From NCBI GenBank assembly GCA_035084275.1, contig CM068742.1:142042001-142106000 (forward strand): a stretch of DNA of 64,000 bases, written 5' to 3'. Source of the DNA: Hydrolagus colliei (lineage: Eukaryota). Both the position numbers and the translations under genes were made by a program. Under the pieces are notes generated by a model. That model was not told the DNA's origin. It did not search any database and saw nothing but the letters and a program-made list of their open reading frames with translations. Below, piece after piece: positions 26,197 through 39,289 of the stretch (position 1 is its first letter; each line of letters starts with the position of its first letter).

Positions 26197-26466
26197 CAAA
26201 GAGTGCCTCAGCCCTGTCACACCTGGCCTCTGCCTTTCTCCTTTTCCTCATCTGTTCCTCGTCTGTTGCCCGCAATGACATCAGCAGAGATATGTTGTCT
26301 CCGAATATCACAGGCTCCTCGTCCAGCCTGGGGAGGCATGTGCGCAGCTACAAGTACCTGGAAGGGGATGTGCGATGGAGGAGATTTTTCTCATTCACCA
26401 AATACTTTCTCAAGATCGATAGCAACGGCAAGGTCGGGGGAACAAAGAAGGAAAACTGCCCCTTCA
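26178..26466 (+). CDS. FGF10: Fibroblast growth factor 10, first coding exon (96 codons + 1 nt; signal peptide and start of beta-trefoil)
   Basis: Translates [16 protein letters not shown]...[46 protein letters not shown]. This matches the recalled FGF10 N-terminus MWKWILT and core [18 protein letters not shown]...[13 protein letters not shown] at 26178; donor A|GTAAGT at 26467 is at the conserved FGF exon 1 boundary. Confidence 0.97.
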
Positions 26467-27580
26467 GTAAGTACAGTACATATATATATATTATCTCTCC
26501 ATCTCCCCCCCCCCATTCCCTCTCTCTCTCTATACATATGTGTGTGAAACTTCTACAGGTTTCTTTCTAGTTGCTTGTAAAATAAGTTATTTGTTCTCAG
26601 GTACCATGCAGCAAAAACAAGGGACAACTTCTTTCTCTCTCTCTCTCTCTCCTTTTTTTTTCCACCCCCACTCAAAATGTATGTTCAGTAAATCCAGCTA
26701 TTTCTCACCCCCCCCACCCCCCCCCCACCCATCTCTCTCCTTCCAGGCAGGCTGGTTGTTTCTTTTATTTTAACATATATAATAAATAAATGAAAGTACA
26801 GATGGTTGGCTGTCAGTGGGCTTGTTTGCACTGTGCTCGGATGGAGATCACTGCTGAATTTCATTTCTCATAACGTTTCCATTTCAGATGTAGCACTTTC
26901 ATAACGTTGAAGGAGTTTCTAAGCTCTGCCTGTTCCAACCTTTTATACATACATACATATAGGTGCATATGTATATATAAAACAAATTCATCACCCAGTG
27001 TGCTTAAAATCGTTAAGCATTAGAGTTAAAAGGCTTGGGGTATTCTTTTACGAGTTAAAAGGTCCCGTTCTGTTTCTCATTTCTTTTTTGCTGCTGCATG
27101 TTGCTTTGAGTGATTGCAGTTTAAGAGGGAGTTTTTCAGGCACAGCTACAGCTATTTGTCTTCTCCCATGGCTTCTTGCTAGTAACTTGATACCGTTCCA
27201 TGTCTGTATTGTCAGCAACATATGTGGTACTTTGTGGTATTCTGTGATTTAAAATATATATGTTATTATTATACTATCTATATATATATATATGAGTTCT
27301 TGTCATACCCTTCCTTCTCTGGCGCTTTCAAATTCTCAAACACTGATCAGCCCAATATGTATCCAGAAGCAAAATGTACATCAGTCCAAATTCAGTCAGT
27401 TCCCATCTTATTTGGAAGACAGATTCCCTGTGTGCCAGCTAGTGTTGTTCTCCTTCTGGGTGAGGTTTCTGTTGCAGCAGCGTTGATTAGATTTTTATTC
27501 CAAAAACAAAAATTGCTGTTTTGAGACAAAGTGGGGTAGTTACACAGAAGAGTTTTCCATCAACTTTCCATCAACCTCCG

Positions 27581-27608
27581 CCCCCCCCCCCCCCCCCCCC
27601 CCCACCCC
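27581..27608. repeat. Poly-C tract (G4-prone on minus strand)
   Basis: More than 20 consecutive C. Confidence 0.85.
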
Positions 27609-28574
27609 TTTCTTGGTCTAGATTTACTCTATGAACAAAATGTTTTAATTTTGAAGTCAGCCTGTTTTTGTACTTTGGAAGAGAACTTCTAGAAAACCGA
27701 CTGCATAATTAAAGTCTGTATTTATGATATTCATGTAGTCCAGACACTCTGAAATGCCACTAAATCTAGATGCAATTGGAATTTCTATTCAATAGTGTCC
27801 TACATTATCAGTCTCGATGTTTCGATTTGTTTCACCTCCTTTACAAGCTAATATTTACCATGAGAGTAGATAAGATTAATTGTGGTCTTCTTGGCTCCTG
27901 TCTACCTCAAATGTATTGTTTGCTATTGTCCAAAGTACACTGCACTTCTCATGCCTGCTGTCCTATACCTATTGGAAGCATCACCTTACAAGCCTTGTGT
28001 GTCTGTATCTTGGAATCCATCAAGTATTCAATAAATATTCTATAATAAATAAAGGAGTGAAGGATAAATGATTCTGTAACAAAGCTAAATCTTTGAAACT
28101 GCATTCAATTTTTTTTAAAAAAACATGAATTTGATTGGATCTGACTCTATCAGACCAGCAATCTGTCCATTTATTCCTTAACAAATGAGTCAAACTTAAA
28201 TCTACAAAAAAAAGTAACGTTCAAGGTCATGAAACCTTTATTGGGATGTTATCCTGGTGTGAAAGGTGCTATACATGTGTAATTTTGTTGTTGTTATACT
28301 GTTACTGTTATTAAGCAGTAAGAACATACTATACCTATTCAGTGCAAAATGGCCATTAAGCCCATCTAGATAGTTTCTGAGATCATTAATGCTTTGGAAT
28401 CATATGCTATGTAGTCTCTTCCATTGCCATCCTTAGCCAGCAGCAGGTATGATTTGTTCAACCTCCCTCCCTCATCATTGCCCATCCACTTACTTTTCAA
28501 TTTCACTCGCAAAATATACTCAGTCAGTCCACTTTACATTGTATTCTGTGAGGCTCTTTATTATAATATTATTC

Positions 28575-28883
28575 TAATAATAATAATAATCCTTGCATTT
28601 CAAATCGTGCTTTTCACGTCTTCTAGACGTCTCAAAGCGCTTCATAGAATGTACTGTAAATTTAATTGACTGTATATTTGTGGGCAAAATGCGGCAGCCA
28701 ATTGTGCATAACAAACAGTTATGGATTGAAATGACCAATTTATTACCATCATAGTTTTTATTGAGGAAAATTATTATTTTGTGGAATATAGAAACTTGCC
28801 CAAGGTTTTATCCTGCTTGGAATCGAACACATGGCTCACGCTCGTAAGCCAAGTGCTCTAACCACTGAGCTACAGGACTCCAC
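28575..28883 (-). mobile_element. SINE family A, full length
   Basis: Reverse complement has TAGCTCAGTGGTTAGAGC, B-box GTTCGATTCC, core and (ATT)n tail. Confidence 0.9.
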
Positions 28884-30528
28884 AGTTATTGTTATTATTT
28901 GATGATTCAATAGGTTTTTGCACCAGTTTGTAACATTAATTTGCTACTGTACTCCTGAGCCTGATTTTCTCCGTAAATCACTTTAGGCTTGTAGTTTCCT
29001 GACCGTGACCTCCTTTTTTGGGCTACAGAGGTATTTGAGCAATGCTAGCATTTAAATTGATACTGTTCTCCTGAATGTTCCAGTTAATGGGCATCTTTCA
29101 TATTAAATTTAAGAAAAACAGAGTTAGACTGGAATCTAAATGTCTATGCAATTATCTTTCAAACTACAGTTTCTGTTTCTAACCCTAGTTAATATACTCC
29201 TGTTCTTCAACGATCATTGACCTTACTGAATTGCTGAATCTTCCTTCTTTAGATTGCTGGCATGCAATAGTGAGGTGTTCAGAAATTATATAGCTTAATA
29301 TCTGGGCAAGTATTGGGATCAAAGGGGCTCAGAGAACAATGTGAAAATGAAAAGTAATTCTGAATAGCATAACCATGTCTAATTGAATTTTTCATTTCAA
29401 AAACATTTGTGACAAAGTAGAAAGTGAAATTCCCAATTCATATAACCTTCAGTGTGGAACCTTCATTATCTTTGCCCCAATTAACTTCTCCATTATCCGC
29501 CTACCTCATATCTGGCAGAATGCTTAGCCTTGAAAGTGATCTGTACAGAGTGCATATTTGTTGGCAGAATTGGCTGCCTACAAATTAGTAATAATAAAGT
29601 ATCACTCTCAGGTAACTGTCAGTGGTAATAATACACATCCTGATTACATTGAACTGTGATCTGAGAATCCTTAAATCTATGACCCACCCTGCCACAGGGT
29701 CCCTTATCGCACAGACCCGAAAGATCCCTCTCCATGAATTTGCACAGTGTAGAGGGTAAGATCTGCCTGGAACTGGTATCAATTCATTTGAGTTGCAGAG
29801 ATTTCAATCGACCACCAGAGGATACCCCCATTATGACAAATAACCAAGGGCCAACTACAATTGGCAGAAACGGGATAAATGCAAAAGAATGATGTGAAGC
29901 CATCAGGCTATTGCTATAATTATGGAAAGAACAGTCAATTGACCTTGTTTTACATAAGTGTTCAGTGCTATTAAGATGTTGTCTTAATGCCGTGTAATTA
30001 CAAAAGAACAAAACTGTGTTGTGCCTGAGGGTAGCCATCCCTTTAAATTGTTCCCTTATTATGGTTCTTAACTTATGACCCTGTTATCACTTCTCAGACC
30101 TTGAACAATATGTTTCATCTACTTTTCCTCTCACAAAATATGCAATGGTTTAGTCAAGTTTAATATGTTATAATGTTAATGGGTGTACAATTAGAGAACG
30201 CTTCATCCCGTCTCCTCGGAGAGTCTGGAGGGGAAAGTCACTGACCTGTGTGAAGTAAAGCCATACAGACCACAGGTTGCGAGCTCCAATCTTGGTTGAT
30301 GCTGATCTCATTTGGAGTGTTACAATTGGCCTCAGAACTCATGTGGTAGGGAAAGGAAATTCAACAAAGGATTCGTTCCTGATCGCTATCCAGAGAAAGA
30401 TGTTGAAAGATGCTCTTGTGTGAATGGGTTTGGATTCAAGTGTAATACAGTGCAATGCTGTTTATATTTATACAGTGCCTTTCACATGGGTAGGACATCT
30501 CAAAGCTGGCACATAGATGGCTGGGCAT

Positions 30529-30992
30529 TCAACAACAAAATTACATTTGTATAGCACCTTTCTTGTCAGGAGGACATCCCAAGGCGCTGGACAGTCATTG
30601 TTTCAGACACAAGCTGGGGACAGGGAGGGTGGAGGGAAAGGGGGGTGATTTGAAGTGACTGATGGATGGGACTGTCGAAGAGGAGGGTCTTGAGGTGGGA
30701 CTTGAAGGCGGTTAGTGGGGTAGCGAGGCAGAGGGATCCTCAGGGACTGCCCCCAACCTCTGTACAATTAGAGAACGCTTCATCCCGTCTCCTGAAGTGC
30801 CTCCACCTCTCCCCCTCCTTATCCTCCTTCAAGTCTCGCCTCAATACTTTCCTCTTCGATGGACACATCGGCAACTCCTTTCTCCATCTAACCCCTCTCT
30901 TCAGCTCGGGTGTGAATCAATAACTGTCTTACACCTTGGGACGTCCTCCTGACGTGAAAGGCGCTTTACAAATGTAATTTTGTTGTTGTTGT
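30529..30992. mobile_element. Two divergently oriented L2 3' fragments (- 30529-30745; + 30794-30992)
   Basis: (CAA)n tail at left and (TTG)n tail at right, with a 33 bp copied segment between them. Confidence 0.85.
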
Positions 30993-33137
30993 GAAACGCT
31001 TTGAGACGTCTAGAAGACGTGAAAACCACTATATCAAATGCAAGCATTATTATTAGTATTATTATAGCATCTTTCATGGCAGAACATCCGAAAACTGGGA
31101 TTAGAATGAAAATCTGAAAGTGTGCAGATATACAGAAAGGATATAAATTAAGGCAAGATAGAGTACAAAAAAAAATGTAAATGAATTAGGAAGCATTAAG
31201 TAGTAACTGAAAAATTCTGATTCATTCTCCTGGTTTGCTGGCTATCAGTCTCCAAATAAAACTGGTCATTCACTTTGTGACTGTTTGTAGGACATTGCTG
31301 TGTGGAATTTAGCTGGTGTATTCATGTATAGTTGAGATGTCTCAGCAACGTGGTAAGGTGATATCAAATGTAACGATTATTATTTTGTTGCTGTGTGCAA
31401 AATTGTCTGCTGTTTTTAGTTACAAAAATTGAGTCACATTTTACAGAAAACTAAGTTTAAGACTCTGAATTTGATAACGCACTACACCAAATGCCAGGAT
31501 TATAATATATTTCATGGGAGGGGGTGGACCTTTGTTCACTGCATCTAGCAAGCCAGTCACATTTCAGTTCAGTTTTAGAAAATTGTAGCGAGGATTATTT
31601 TTGCAAGGATAAGATATTTAGTACTCTAACCACATTGCTCTAATCTTAATCCTGTACATTGAGCAGGGTACAATTGATTGCATGTGTTGTAGAGAAATGA
31701 GTAGGAAATAGTTCTGAATTCTATAATAATAAATTTACCATGATACAATAGAAACTGACAGCCTATTCATTGAAAAAAGGTGCAGATTATCAAACAATAA
31801 ATTTACTGGAATGTGTTTCGATCATTTATTTGGCAACATGGATATCTCTGGACACATCAATGACACACTGGCTCAGTGGCTGCATCTCTAACTTGTGGCA
31901 ATGAATATAATGTAACTCTTCACTCTAAACAATTTCACAGTATGCATTACAAGTGATGAATACACAAAAGTGATGCCATGCAAGTAATTTCAATCTGGGT
32001 TTCAGGTTTAAACAGTATTAAACTACTCGTGTTTCCCCATATGATATTTTCTGAACCACCAAAATTATACTAGGGATTGTTCCCCAAGTGCATTACTGCC
32101 TTTGAGTTACGAAGTAGTTTAACTTTATTCTATAATTTGATCGTTTTTTATATAATAATAAATAATTCTTGCATTTGTTATGATGCCTTATTCCCATACT
32201 ATTGACACATATTAAAGCACTTCATAAGATTTTTACTACAAAATGAAGTGACTGTATATTTAATCGGTAGGTATATATATATATATTTGCCCATAAAACA
32301 CAAAGTTACTCCACTTTATAGCATATCCTGTGAAAAGGTTTTTGGGATGTCCACCTGATGTGAAAAGTGCTATACCTCATGTAAGGATTATTATCAGCAT
32401 TATTGAAGATTAATTTAAAATTACACTACTATAAATAAAATTCCAAGTCTAGTTTCAATTGACAAGATAATACAAACTATCAAATGAAAAGCCTTACGGC
32501 ACGAGTCATCTGCTTTGTTCAATACGTTCAGACATATCCATTATAAGTTCAAAATCCAATAAATCTTTCAGAAGATAATGACATAAGACATCCGAATAGT
32601 GTTTTACACATTCCAGCTTAAAACATCAGAGATGACTATAGTTGTTTTGGTACAAGTCAAAACAGCATTGATCAGATACTAAAGATGCACCATTCTTCAA
32701 CATGTTTTGGCAACATCTCTGTAATTATTCATTTTTTCACTCCAGAAGTATAGATTACTACCTTGATATGATCTATTATGAATCCAGTTTCAAAGAAATG
32801 CCGGCCTCGCCCCATTCAATGTCATTCTCAATTATGGAGTTTCAAAGTGTTATAATAATAATAATCTTTGCTTTTGATATATCGTCTTATCACTTCTTTG
32901 AGACGTCTCAAAGTGCTTCAAAGAATTTACAGCAAAGTGAGTTGACTGTATATTTTCTTGGCGAAAATATAACGCAACAGACAATTATGCACAGCAGTGT
33001 GCCACAAGCAGCCTTGGATTAAGTGAAAATGATAACTCCTGCTAATCTTCACCCCACATTTTACATCCCAGCATTGCAAATATACATCTAAGATTGATTA
33101 ATATGCAGAGAACTATGTATTTTAATGTCTGTCACAG

Positions 33138-33853
33138 ACATCTGTGCCTTGACCGGCACCGCTTATTTCCACATGCGCAACATTGCCAGGCTCCGCAACT
33201 ACCTCACCCCCCACGCTGCCGAAACACTCGTGCACGCATACATCACCTCAAGGCTGGACTACGGAAACTCTCTCCTCGTCGGCCTACCCAGCTCCTCCAT
33301 TCATAGGCTGCAGGTCATCCAAAACTCTGCAGCCCATGTACTATCCCGCACCAGCCTCCGTGACCACCTAACCCCCACCCTCGCCCGTCTCCACTGGCTC
33401 CCCATCCCCCAGAGGATCAAGTTCAAGATCCTTGTCCTCGTTTTCAAAGCCTTACACGGCCTTGCCCCGCCCTATCTATCCGATCTACTCTCCCCCTATA
33501 AGCCCACCCGGACCCTCCGTTCAGCAGGACTTGGTTTGCTCCAAGCCCCCCGCCCGAACCGCCCCACAATCGGAGGCCGGGCCTTCAGCTTCTCCGCTCC
33601 CACCCTATGGAATTCCATCCCCCAATCCCTCCGCTTTGTTTCTTCCCTTTCCTCTTTCAAGGCCAGTTTGAAGACTTTCCTTTTCGACCATGCCTTTTGT
33701 TCCCCCCCTAATTTTTCGACCTCCCCCACGTTTTTTACCCCCTCCCGAACACTCCCCTCCCAGCTCGGGTCACACACCTCCTGTGCAGCGCCTTGGGACG
33801 TCCTCCTGACTTGAAAGGCGCTCTATAAGTCTAATTTGTTGTTGTTGTTGTTG
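33138..33853 (+). mobile_element. L2-clade LINE 3' end, young copy
   Basis: ORF with TSRLDYGNSLLVGLP, QNSAA, LHWLP, KFKIL, GGRAFS.APTLWN, FK..LKTFLF; ends in stem-loop plus (TTG)n tail. Confidence 0.95.
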
Positions 33854-35684
33854 GATTTTACACTCTTAACTCATCCCTTCTCCTGCCTTCCCAGACTCAT
33901 TCCTTTCCTAACTTTCCTTTTTTTTAATGATTTACATCTTTTGAATTCTTATTTATTTACAATAATAGATGGATGGGATTCAAAAATAGTTCAAGGGATT
34001 TGATGCTTTTCTTATCTTTCAAATGTGACCTGAAACGTAAAAGTTGTGCTAACAACATTCTGCTATACAAATGTAATTTTGTTGTTGTTGTTGCACTCAA
34101 TTACATAACATATAGAAGTTGATGTTGTGTAATGCACTGAGGCATTGATGCAACTACAATGCCCTTCCCTCATGCCTGCGCTTAATACTCTCTGGAATTA
34201 GGTAAGCACAGTACCTCCCTCCTGAGAGAGTCCTCATTCCATTCCAGACAGAGAACCCGCCACTGTACAGTTATCCGAGACATTATCTTACATTGAACGT
34301 GCTATATAAATGCAAATTGTTGTTGTGTGTTACACTGTGTAGCAGGAAAGAAAATGAACCAAGCATTGCAATGCATATGGCAAAGTAAAGTGTTTAATCT
34401 GTTAGGATATTCTGTATTTTCTAAACATTAAAAACATACTCCTTTCCAACCACTTCTGTATCATATTTGTTAGGGGCAAGGATTCTTCCCACTCAGCTCC
34501 TATTAACTAAGCCAGCTAAAGCCTTAGTAGATAATGTGGTTTTGCCAGTGCTGGTTAAACTTCTAAAGTACCTATTGCACACTTTGGAGGTCTCCAAACA
34601 TTAGCTCTAAGTAATCTGCACTCAATGCACTCTGGAATTAGGTAAGCAGGGCTTGTCGCATTCCATTTCCAGATGTATTTCCATGTTTAGGTAACATACA
34701 GATGTAGAACTCTTACTCTGGTTTAAATACTTATTGTGACGGGTTTCCAAGTGTGTCAGACATCTGGCTGACCGAAAAGAAGTGTTCATTGTAAACCATC
34801 TGACTATGTGGAGAATTTTCTATATTGTACATGAAGTTATTGCATGGTCTTTGGCAAATTGCACAGACCGCTTATTTCATTCTGAGTGAATTAATCGAGT
34901 AACTGCATTTCTACTTATGTATGGAGCTGTCCAGATATGTATAATTATTTCCAAGCCATTGATTGTATGACTTGTTAATATTGTGCTTTTCAAAATCAAT
35001 ATGCTTGCTTTCTGTCTAATTTAACATTATGGGTAGATACTGATTATGTGAATAACATGTGTCCCAATTTTCCAGTTAACCAACCTGCCTGTAACTCACA
35101 GCATTTCCAGTGTGTATTCAGTAATTATTTCACTCTCTGTATTGAATTGGTATTCTTCAATACAGTACAATTATGTCACAGTTATACTGCTTGAAGCAAA
35201 ACTGCATTACTTTTTTGAATGCATCAATGTGGCCTGATTTGTACCTCCTGTACGTAATCTATTGGCAGAGTCTGTTAATCATCAGATCCCCTTGGAGTTC
35301 TGCATGGCTGGTTCTTCAGCAAGATTTGGTCCCTTGAAAGTTCTTGGTCTGTCCACTGTGTGACACTCATGGGAACCATAACTAAGGAAGTTGTTGTTTC
35401 CATTGGAGTCTGCTTCAGTAAAACCCACATGCATGTGTTGTTGTTGTTGGATATGCATTCAGGTACTCAAGGGTTTTAGTGGTCAGCAGCCCAAATTGTA
35501 ATCTGGTATTAGCCCATGAGACTCATTTTGTCTTAAAATTTAAGATCTTGTAGATTTGTGCAAATTTCTAAGAACTTTCTAAATTTCTAAAAAAAAGTCT
35601 TCCAATTTAAGAATAGTTCATAATTCTGCATAATTGTAATTTAAAATTGTTAGGACAGGCAAGACGATGAGGAATTTCAGAACT

Positions 35685-36246
35685 TGTGAAGTCCTATAGC
35701 TCAGTGGTTAGAGCACTCGCCTTACAAGTGTGAGATCTGTGCTTGAATCTAGGAATCTAGGCATGTCAGGGAAAAACAGGCAAATTTCCTTAGTCAACAA
35801 GCCTAATAATAATCCCTAAAAAAACAATTGGTAATTTCAATCCACGACTGTTTGTCGCTGTGCGCAATTGGCTGCGCTTTTCACCCACAAGTATACAGCC
35901 AATTCACTTTACAGTATACAAAACACAAAATAGTACAGATGCTGGGAATCTGAAACAAAAACCGAAGTTGCTGGGGAAACTCAGCAGGTCAGGCAGCATC
36001 CATGGAGAAAGGAAAAGGAGTCAACGTTTCGGGTCTACAACCCTTCGTCAAACATTCTGACAAAGGGTTGTAGACCCGAAACGTTGACTCGTTTTCCTTT
36101 CTCCATGGATGCTGCCTGACCTGCTGAGTTTCCACAGCAACTTCTGTTTTTGTTTCACTATACAGTATATTCTGTGAAGCGCTCTGAAACATCTAGAAGA
36201 CTTAAAGCGCTATATCAAATGCAAGAATTATTATATTTATTATTAT
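35685..36246 (+). mobile_element. SINE family A, full length, interrupted by a palindromic element
   Basis: Head 35685-35760 and core to 35918; SINE resumes at ~36154 and runs to the (ATT)n tail. Confidence 0.9.
35919..36157. mobile_element. Palindromic (fold-back) non-autonomous element, probably Penelope-like-derived, with degenerate hammerhead cores
   Basis: Arms 35951-36050 and 36058-36157 are 96/100 reverse-complementary. CTGACAA-A-GGGT-loop-ACCC-GAAACGTT motif; 16 bp flanking duplication. Confidence 0.75.
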
Positions 36247-38159
36247 TTCATAGCTGCTGGTAGCTGAAGTCAAAGTTTCTTTGCGAAACAATATAGGAAT
36301 CTCGTGCTGCTTTTCCATTGGCAAAGCTTTCAGGATGAGCTGGGAAGTCGAGTTGTCTATCTAAATCTGACCAGTTCAATCCAACCAAGTTCAGACTGGC
36401 TTGAATTTTGACGTTTATTTCTCCCAATAAAAAAGAAAATTTGGAGCAAAATAGAGGGAGTGATTTTCTTTCTGCTTTCAGAACCACTTTGCATTTTATA
36501 GACTTGGCTCAGCTTGATTCAGCCCAAATGGAGCCGCCTGCTCCCACTGGTCTAAAGCTGTATTTGTATATGCCTATTCCACTGATGCCCATTGTATTTT
36601 TTACACACACAGAAATTCAGTATGTAATTATTAAGTGGATTTGTACAGCACTCAAACATATTTTTGTTGCCTACCTGTTTTCATTCCTAAGCAATCTCCA
36701 CCACCGAATATATGCACTGCTCACTTCAAAGAAGGGCAGGTGCACCTACAGCAGGTCATCATTGTTTTATCTGTGCTTAGGAGTAACCCCTTGAGTGCCT
36801 AGACCACTGGAACAGACAGTGCTGCAGAATGCATGAGAGAACAACACTCTTTGGTTCTATGAATACTTTGTCTTGGAACAGTTAAAATCATCTTATCCCA
36901 AATTAATTTTAAATACGTGTCCTTGAAAACTGCAAAAAACATTTAATAGGAACACATTTTTTCAGTTTATTAGATCTTGGCAGATCTTTTAGACCATTAC
37001 CCTGCCCTTTCACCAACCCAATTAATAATTTAATAAAGATCCCTTGGCACTATTTGAAAAGAGAAGGGAGTTTCCTACATTGTCCTGGTCGATATATCCC
37101 CCAAATAAAAGATTGATCACTCAACTCCATGGCTGTTTGTGGGATATTGCTGTGTGCGATTGACTGCCACGTTTGCCTACAAAGTAGTCACTCCACTTTA
37201 CAGTATATCCTCTAAAGCACTTCAAAACACCTCAATAAGTGATAAGGCTTTATATCAAACACAAGGATTATTATTACTGCACTACCCAAATATTTGTCTA
37301 TTTCTCTTTTAAACACCCCTATTGATTCATCCTCTATAGCTTTCTGGGGCAGACATTTCCCTAACCTCAGTTCTAACTGCTCTAACATTTGTTAAAGTTT
37401 AGAAACGTTAACATAAATGTTCAAGTATGGGGTACTGGAATCAGAATTACACGGGAAGCAATGGTAATAAACATTAGTCCACAGAGAGGAGGTAATATGC
37501 AGCAAGTAATGTACGCATTAACTATTTGAATGCCAAATCTCTGTTTCTGTGATCGCAACAAATATGTGTCATGTGACAGCCACAAATAGTAAATTGCCTA
37601 CGGCTCTGTATAGGAGAGTGAGATGGATAATTAGGAAAGTATGTGTAATCACATAAACATTATTGTTTCCTTGGCATTGCTCTAACAACAGCCTTGGCTT
37701 GGTTTAACATGCTGCTGTTATCTTCAAGTAGGTAAAATCTGGTTAAAGATGCAAACACTCATCCTGATCTGACATTTATCTTCAGCAGTTTCCTTTGATG
37801 CTCCATCAAAATGAAGACAAATGGAAGAGATATGTCTTCTGTGTGGTTAAAGTCTTAATTGCTAGTACAGTATATGTGGTTCTCCCAAGACAGTATTAAT
37901 GCAGCTTTAAAACCTAGATTGCAATTAAATTGTATTTTTCTTGAGCAGTCTACTAAATTATGGTACTGATTGAATGAAAAGGTCATTGAAATGTAGGCAA
38001 CAGAATTTTTTTTAAAAAAACCTGTTGGTGCCATTTGGGTCCAATTAACATATTAGCATTTGATGGATTTGTAAGGTTGAGTAGTGAAAGGGGGTCAGTT
38101 TAAAATTGTTTAAAATTGAAGATAACAGCTGTTGTTCAAGGTGCTGTTCGAGGGTCATC

Positions 38160-38228
38160 CAGCCTATCTGCCTCTTTTAAAATGCTGATTGACCTGCTGT
38201 GATTTTCCAACATTTCTGCTTTTTTTGA
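38160..38228 (+). mobile_element. Degraded partial copy of the palindromic-element arm
   Basis: atgctgattgacctgctgtgattttccaacatttctgcttttt resembles atgctgcctgacctgctgagtttccacagcaacttctgttttt (36109-36151). Confidence 0.55.
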
Positions 38229-38944
38229 GGGGTCGTGAGTGTCTGATGCGTGTGGACACATGCATCCAGCACCTTGGTACATCCTCATGGCATGAACAGT
38301 ATTGTTGTTATAGATTGGTAAGATGCAAGGCTTGCGACCCCCACGGTGAGTGCTGGTGTAGTCAACAACAACAACAAATTTCATTTGTAAAGCATCTTTC
38401 ACGTCGGGAGAATGCTGCAAGGCTGGACAGTCAGGAATTTTGATTCTATGCGAGACTGCAATCATGTTGTGATTTGTACTTGTGACATACAAAACAATTT
38501 GTTTTGTAATTTCCCAGCAAGGGATATGCGATCTGGCTGAGATACACATGTATGATACAATTTGGTTTGAACCCTCTTTATTCAGCTAAACGTGACCCAA
38601 GTTGACCACTTCTCTCATGAAAGTATTTTCTAATCACACAAGAAGATCTGAAACTTGCACGAACCATACACAGAACCTCTAGCGGCAGAACCATGAACCT
38701 GAAAAAAAAAGTTGTTTTGAACTTTGTTAAATTCCAAAGTTTATTTTTCTGGGATTGCACTTGTAACTGTACAATGTTTGATACTTTTGGGCACTAAAGG
38801 ACGAAATAACATGTGATTTGGCAGCAAAGTCAGAGACCCCATGAGGATGGCTGGAATGAGATATGTAAAGTCTCATCTTGGTGCAGTCAGGCAAGACCTT
38901 GCCTCTTTATATATTGTGTCAGAAGTGATTACAGGTACTGGCAC

Positions 38945-39289
38945 ATGTAGTGACTGCTTTTGTAGTTAAGCAGAGCATCCATTTCCTCCAGCAAACATTC
39001 ACAAACAGCAATAATGTAAATGACCAATTTAGCTTGAGGATTGTTGGCCTAGATACCTGGGAAAAACGTTTTATTTTTCATATAGTTCTTTAGGACCATT
39101 ATTGTTGATCTGGCAGATGGGATATTCGTCGAATTTCTCATCATAAAAGTATCACCTCTGACAATGCAATGCACCCCCAGTACTGTACTGGAGTGCCAGC
39201 CTACACAGTCACATGTGGTCCTGACATGAAGTTCAATCCAACTAGCTCCTGACCAGACGTGATGGTGCTGTCAATTGAACTAGGCTGAC
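38945..39289 (-). mobile_element. Old Deu-domain SINE (further degraded copies near 770, 4490, 37030, 44035, 54740, 55730)
   Basis: cacctctgacaatgca...cagtactgtactggagtgccagcct is the reverse complement of the core. Confidence 0.65.

Noticed and set aside
26118-26570. 150 aa ORF as a single-exon protein
   Set aside because: Starts at TTG upstream of the true ATG and reads through the GTAAGT donor into low-complexity intron.
30240-30450. Possible ancient SINE-like fragment
   Set aside because: Looks repeat-like, but there is no second copy in the window and I cannot assign a family.
35951-36157. Host microRNA gene
   Set aside because: The hairpin is too long and perfect, is flanked by a duplication, and has a related copy nearby, so a mobile origin is more likely.
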